Assembly (NCBI RefSeq): GCF_009914755.1
Contig: NC_060936.1
Source: the human T2T-CHM13v2.0 reference genome, Homo sapiens
DNA: 64,000 bases
Direction: 5' to 3' (one strand)
The stretch's first letter is position 1, and every line of letters starts with the position of its first letter. Under the pieces are notes generated by a model. The model was not told where the DNA came from. It ran no database searches and saw nothing but the letters and a program-made list of their open reading frames with translations. A program made the position numbers and the translations under genes. Positions 61,790 to 64,000 of this stretch are shown piece after piece.

Positions 61790-64000
61790 CACTTCGCCAG
61801 GCCGCCAGTTTACAACTCCATCTTAGCTTTCACTTCCTGCTTCTGCTGACTGTAGATCAACCAGAGATCAAAATGTAGGGTTTTCTCAAGTCTTTCTGAG
61901 TATGAGTTCTGTCCTGGGCATGCACGTATGCATGGCTTTCCAAATAGCCTTGCCCTTTTGGATGTCACAATTTCCCCCAAAAATATTCTCCTCAGCTTTT
62001 CCTTCCAGGCTTTTGACACACTTTATTTATTTATTTATTTTTTGCCTCAAATGTAATATTTTGCCCCAGTTGGCAGCAAGTTGTTTATGTGCTTTTGAGA
62101 AATGATGGGTGACTCTATTTTGAGTAATTCTGAGTAAGGGAAAACAAAGACATGTTACTTGTGCTGGGCCTTCAGGCAGCTTTTAAATAGGTCAAAACGG
62201 ACAAACGCAATTCTTTAAGGACAAATTCTGATCTGCTCTCTCTATAACCAGGGAACAGTGTTTCATATTTGGACTATGGGCTTCCATCTTCAAGATCAGC
62301 TCTGAATTGAATAGGGGAGTGTAGTAAGGACAGGTAAAAATGCTGTGAAGTTTTCTTGTTACTTTACAGTTGCCTTTTTCTTCTTTCAGCATTCACTTGA
62401 TTACTGTAAAGCTTTGACTACTCTTTAGTGTTTTGACAATATTAATTCTGACAGTTTTACTTAATTTTTTGATGTTTCTGTGGATGAATGGGACTGTGGA
62501 GTTACTTTTGCCATCATTTTTGCTCTTAGTACTCTATATCTTTTTCGGCCAGGTGGCTGTGTAATTTTTTTGCCCACTTTCAAATTAGGATGTTTGTATT
62601 CTGATTGTTGATGTGTCAGTTTTCTGTTTATTTGGAATATAAGTCTTTTATCAGATATGTCTTTTGCAACCATTTTCTCTCAGGTTTTAGCCTGTTTTTT
62701 GATTCTCTCCACTGTCTCACGGAGAAGAAATTTTTTATTTACTTGAAGTTCAACTTATCAATATTTTCTTTGTGAATCATGCTTTAACCATATTTATATA
62801 AAAATGTATTGGCAAACCCAGGTCACCCAGATTCTCTCGAAGCTTTATCGCTTTCCATTTCACATTTAGATGTATGGTACATTTTGAGTTAATTTTTGTA
62901 AAAGGTGTCAAGTCTGTGTCTAGATTCTTTTCTTTGCATATTATAGGTCCACTTACACTAGAAACTTTTGTTGAATTGCCTTTTTTGGGGGTACTGTCTA
63001 ACATTAGTTTATATTTATGTGAGTCTTATTGCGACTTTCTATTTCATTCCATAATATATGCTCTTGATTATTATAGCTTTATAGCAAACCATGAAGTCAG
63101 GTAACGTGAGGTTTTCAAATTTGTTCTTAATATTGTGCTGGATCTTCTAGATTTTTTTTCTCCTTTTAATTTTAGAATCAATTTTTCAAAAACTACAAAT
63201 AACTTACTGGGAATTTGACTAGGATTGTGTTGAATCTATAGCTCAAGATGTAAAAAATTGGTATTTTAAGAATATTGAGTCTTCCAATCCATAAATATAA
63301 AATATATCTGCATTTATTTATTGTTAAATTTATTTTATCAGGATTTTATGGTTTTCTCTATATAGATTCTGTGTATATTTTAATGAATGTGCATGTATTT
63401 TATTTTTTTGGAATGCTTATTGTAAATTTTGCTTTTTAAAAAAATTGATCTCAAGTTCCACATATTCACTGCTGTTTTATATGAAAGCAATTACATTTGT
63501 ATGTTGAACTTGTATCTTGTGACCATGCTATATAAACTTATTTCCTGGAGTTTTTTGGTTTGTTTATTTGGGGGGGATTTTCTTCATAGACAATCACGTT
63601 ATCTGCTAGGTGAAACAGTTTTTGTTTTTCTTCCTCTCAATCTGTATAACTTTTATTTTTTCCTGTTATCTAACTCCCACTATAAATTGAATAAGACTGG
63701 TGAGAGAGGATATATTTACATTGTCCATGATCTTCAGAGAAAACCATACAGATTCTCACCATTAAATATAATATTAGTTGTAAGGTTTTTGTAGATATTC
63801 TTTATCAAGTTGAAAAAGTTCTCCTCTATTTTTATTTGCTAAGATATTTTATGATAAATAAATCAGATTTTTTTCAAATGCTTTTTCTCCACCAATTTTT
63901 TTTTCTTGAGCCTATTGATATGGTGGACTGTAGTGATTTTGTAATTGAACTAGCCATGTATATCTGGAATAAATCTGATATAATGGTGGTGTATAATTCT
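61790..64000 (-). mobile_element. L1M 5'UTR fragment (to ~62525) followed by L1M ORF2 3' region
   Basis: ORF 62777..63004(-) contains L1 ORF2 motif LDTDLTPFTKINSK; ORF 62461..62673(-) has ISDKRLIFQI. Confidence 0.75.

Noticed and set aside
61545-61878. K/E/R/G-rich and F/L/S/P-rich ORFs
   Set aside because: Translations of a (GGAA)n/(GAAA)n tract; the same applies to 28941-29156

Overview
This is AT-rich, CpG-depleted simian primate DNA, probably human or ape (AluS/AluJ, THE1B/C/D, L1PA, LTR10). It looks like gene-desert or deep-intron sequence. I find no credible protein-coding exon, tRNA/rRNA or CRISPR array; the ORF-track entries are repeat-derived or low-complexity. More than half the window is a nested mosaic of L1 (L1M1/L1MA, L1MC, L1ME, L1PA), MaLR/ERV LTRs (including two full-length THE1 elements), Alus, MIR/L2 and DNA-transposon fossils. 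Four things stand out. (1) A recurrent set of short (27-189 bp) locally templated copies sits inside older repeats, 0.1-6 kb from the donors and in both orientations, along with two fold-back inversions. (2) A ~760-bp AT-rich palindromic block contains a 5x40-bp hairpin-unit minisatellite and a perfect 45-bp inverted repeat. (3) An LTR10 solo LTR keeps a near-perfect p53 response element, and three THE1 LTRs keep DUX4-type motifs. (4) Several plus-strand segments are bounded by splice sites and could be lncRNA exons. Repeat subfamily names come from my recall of consensus sequences, and boundaries of old elements are approximate.
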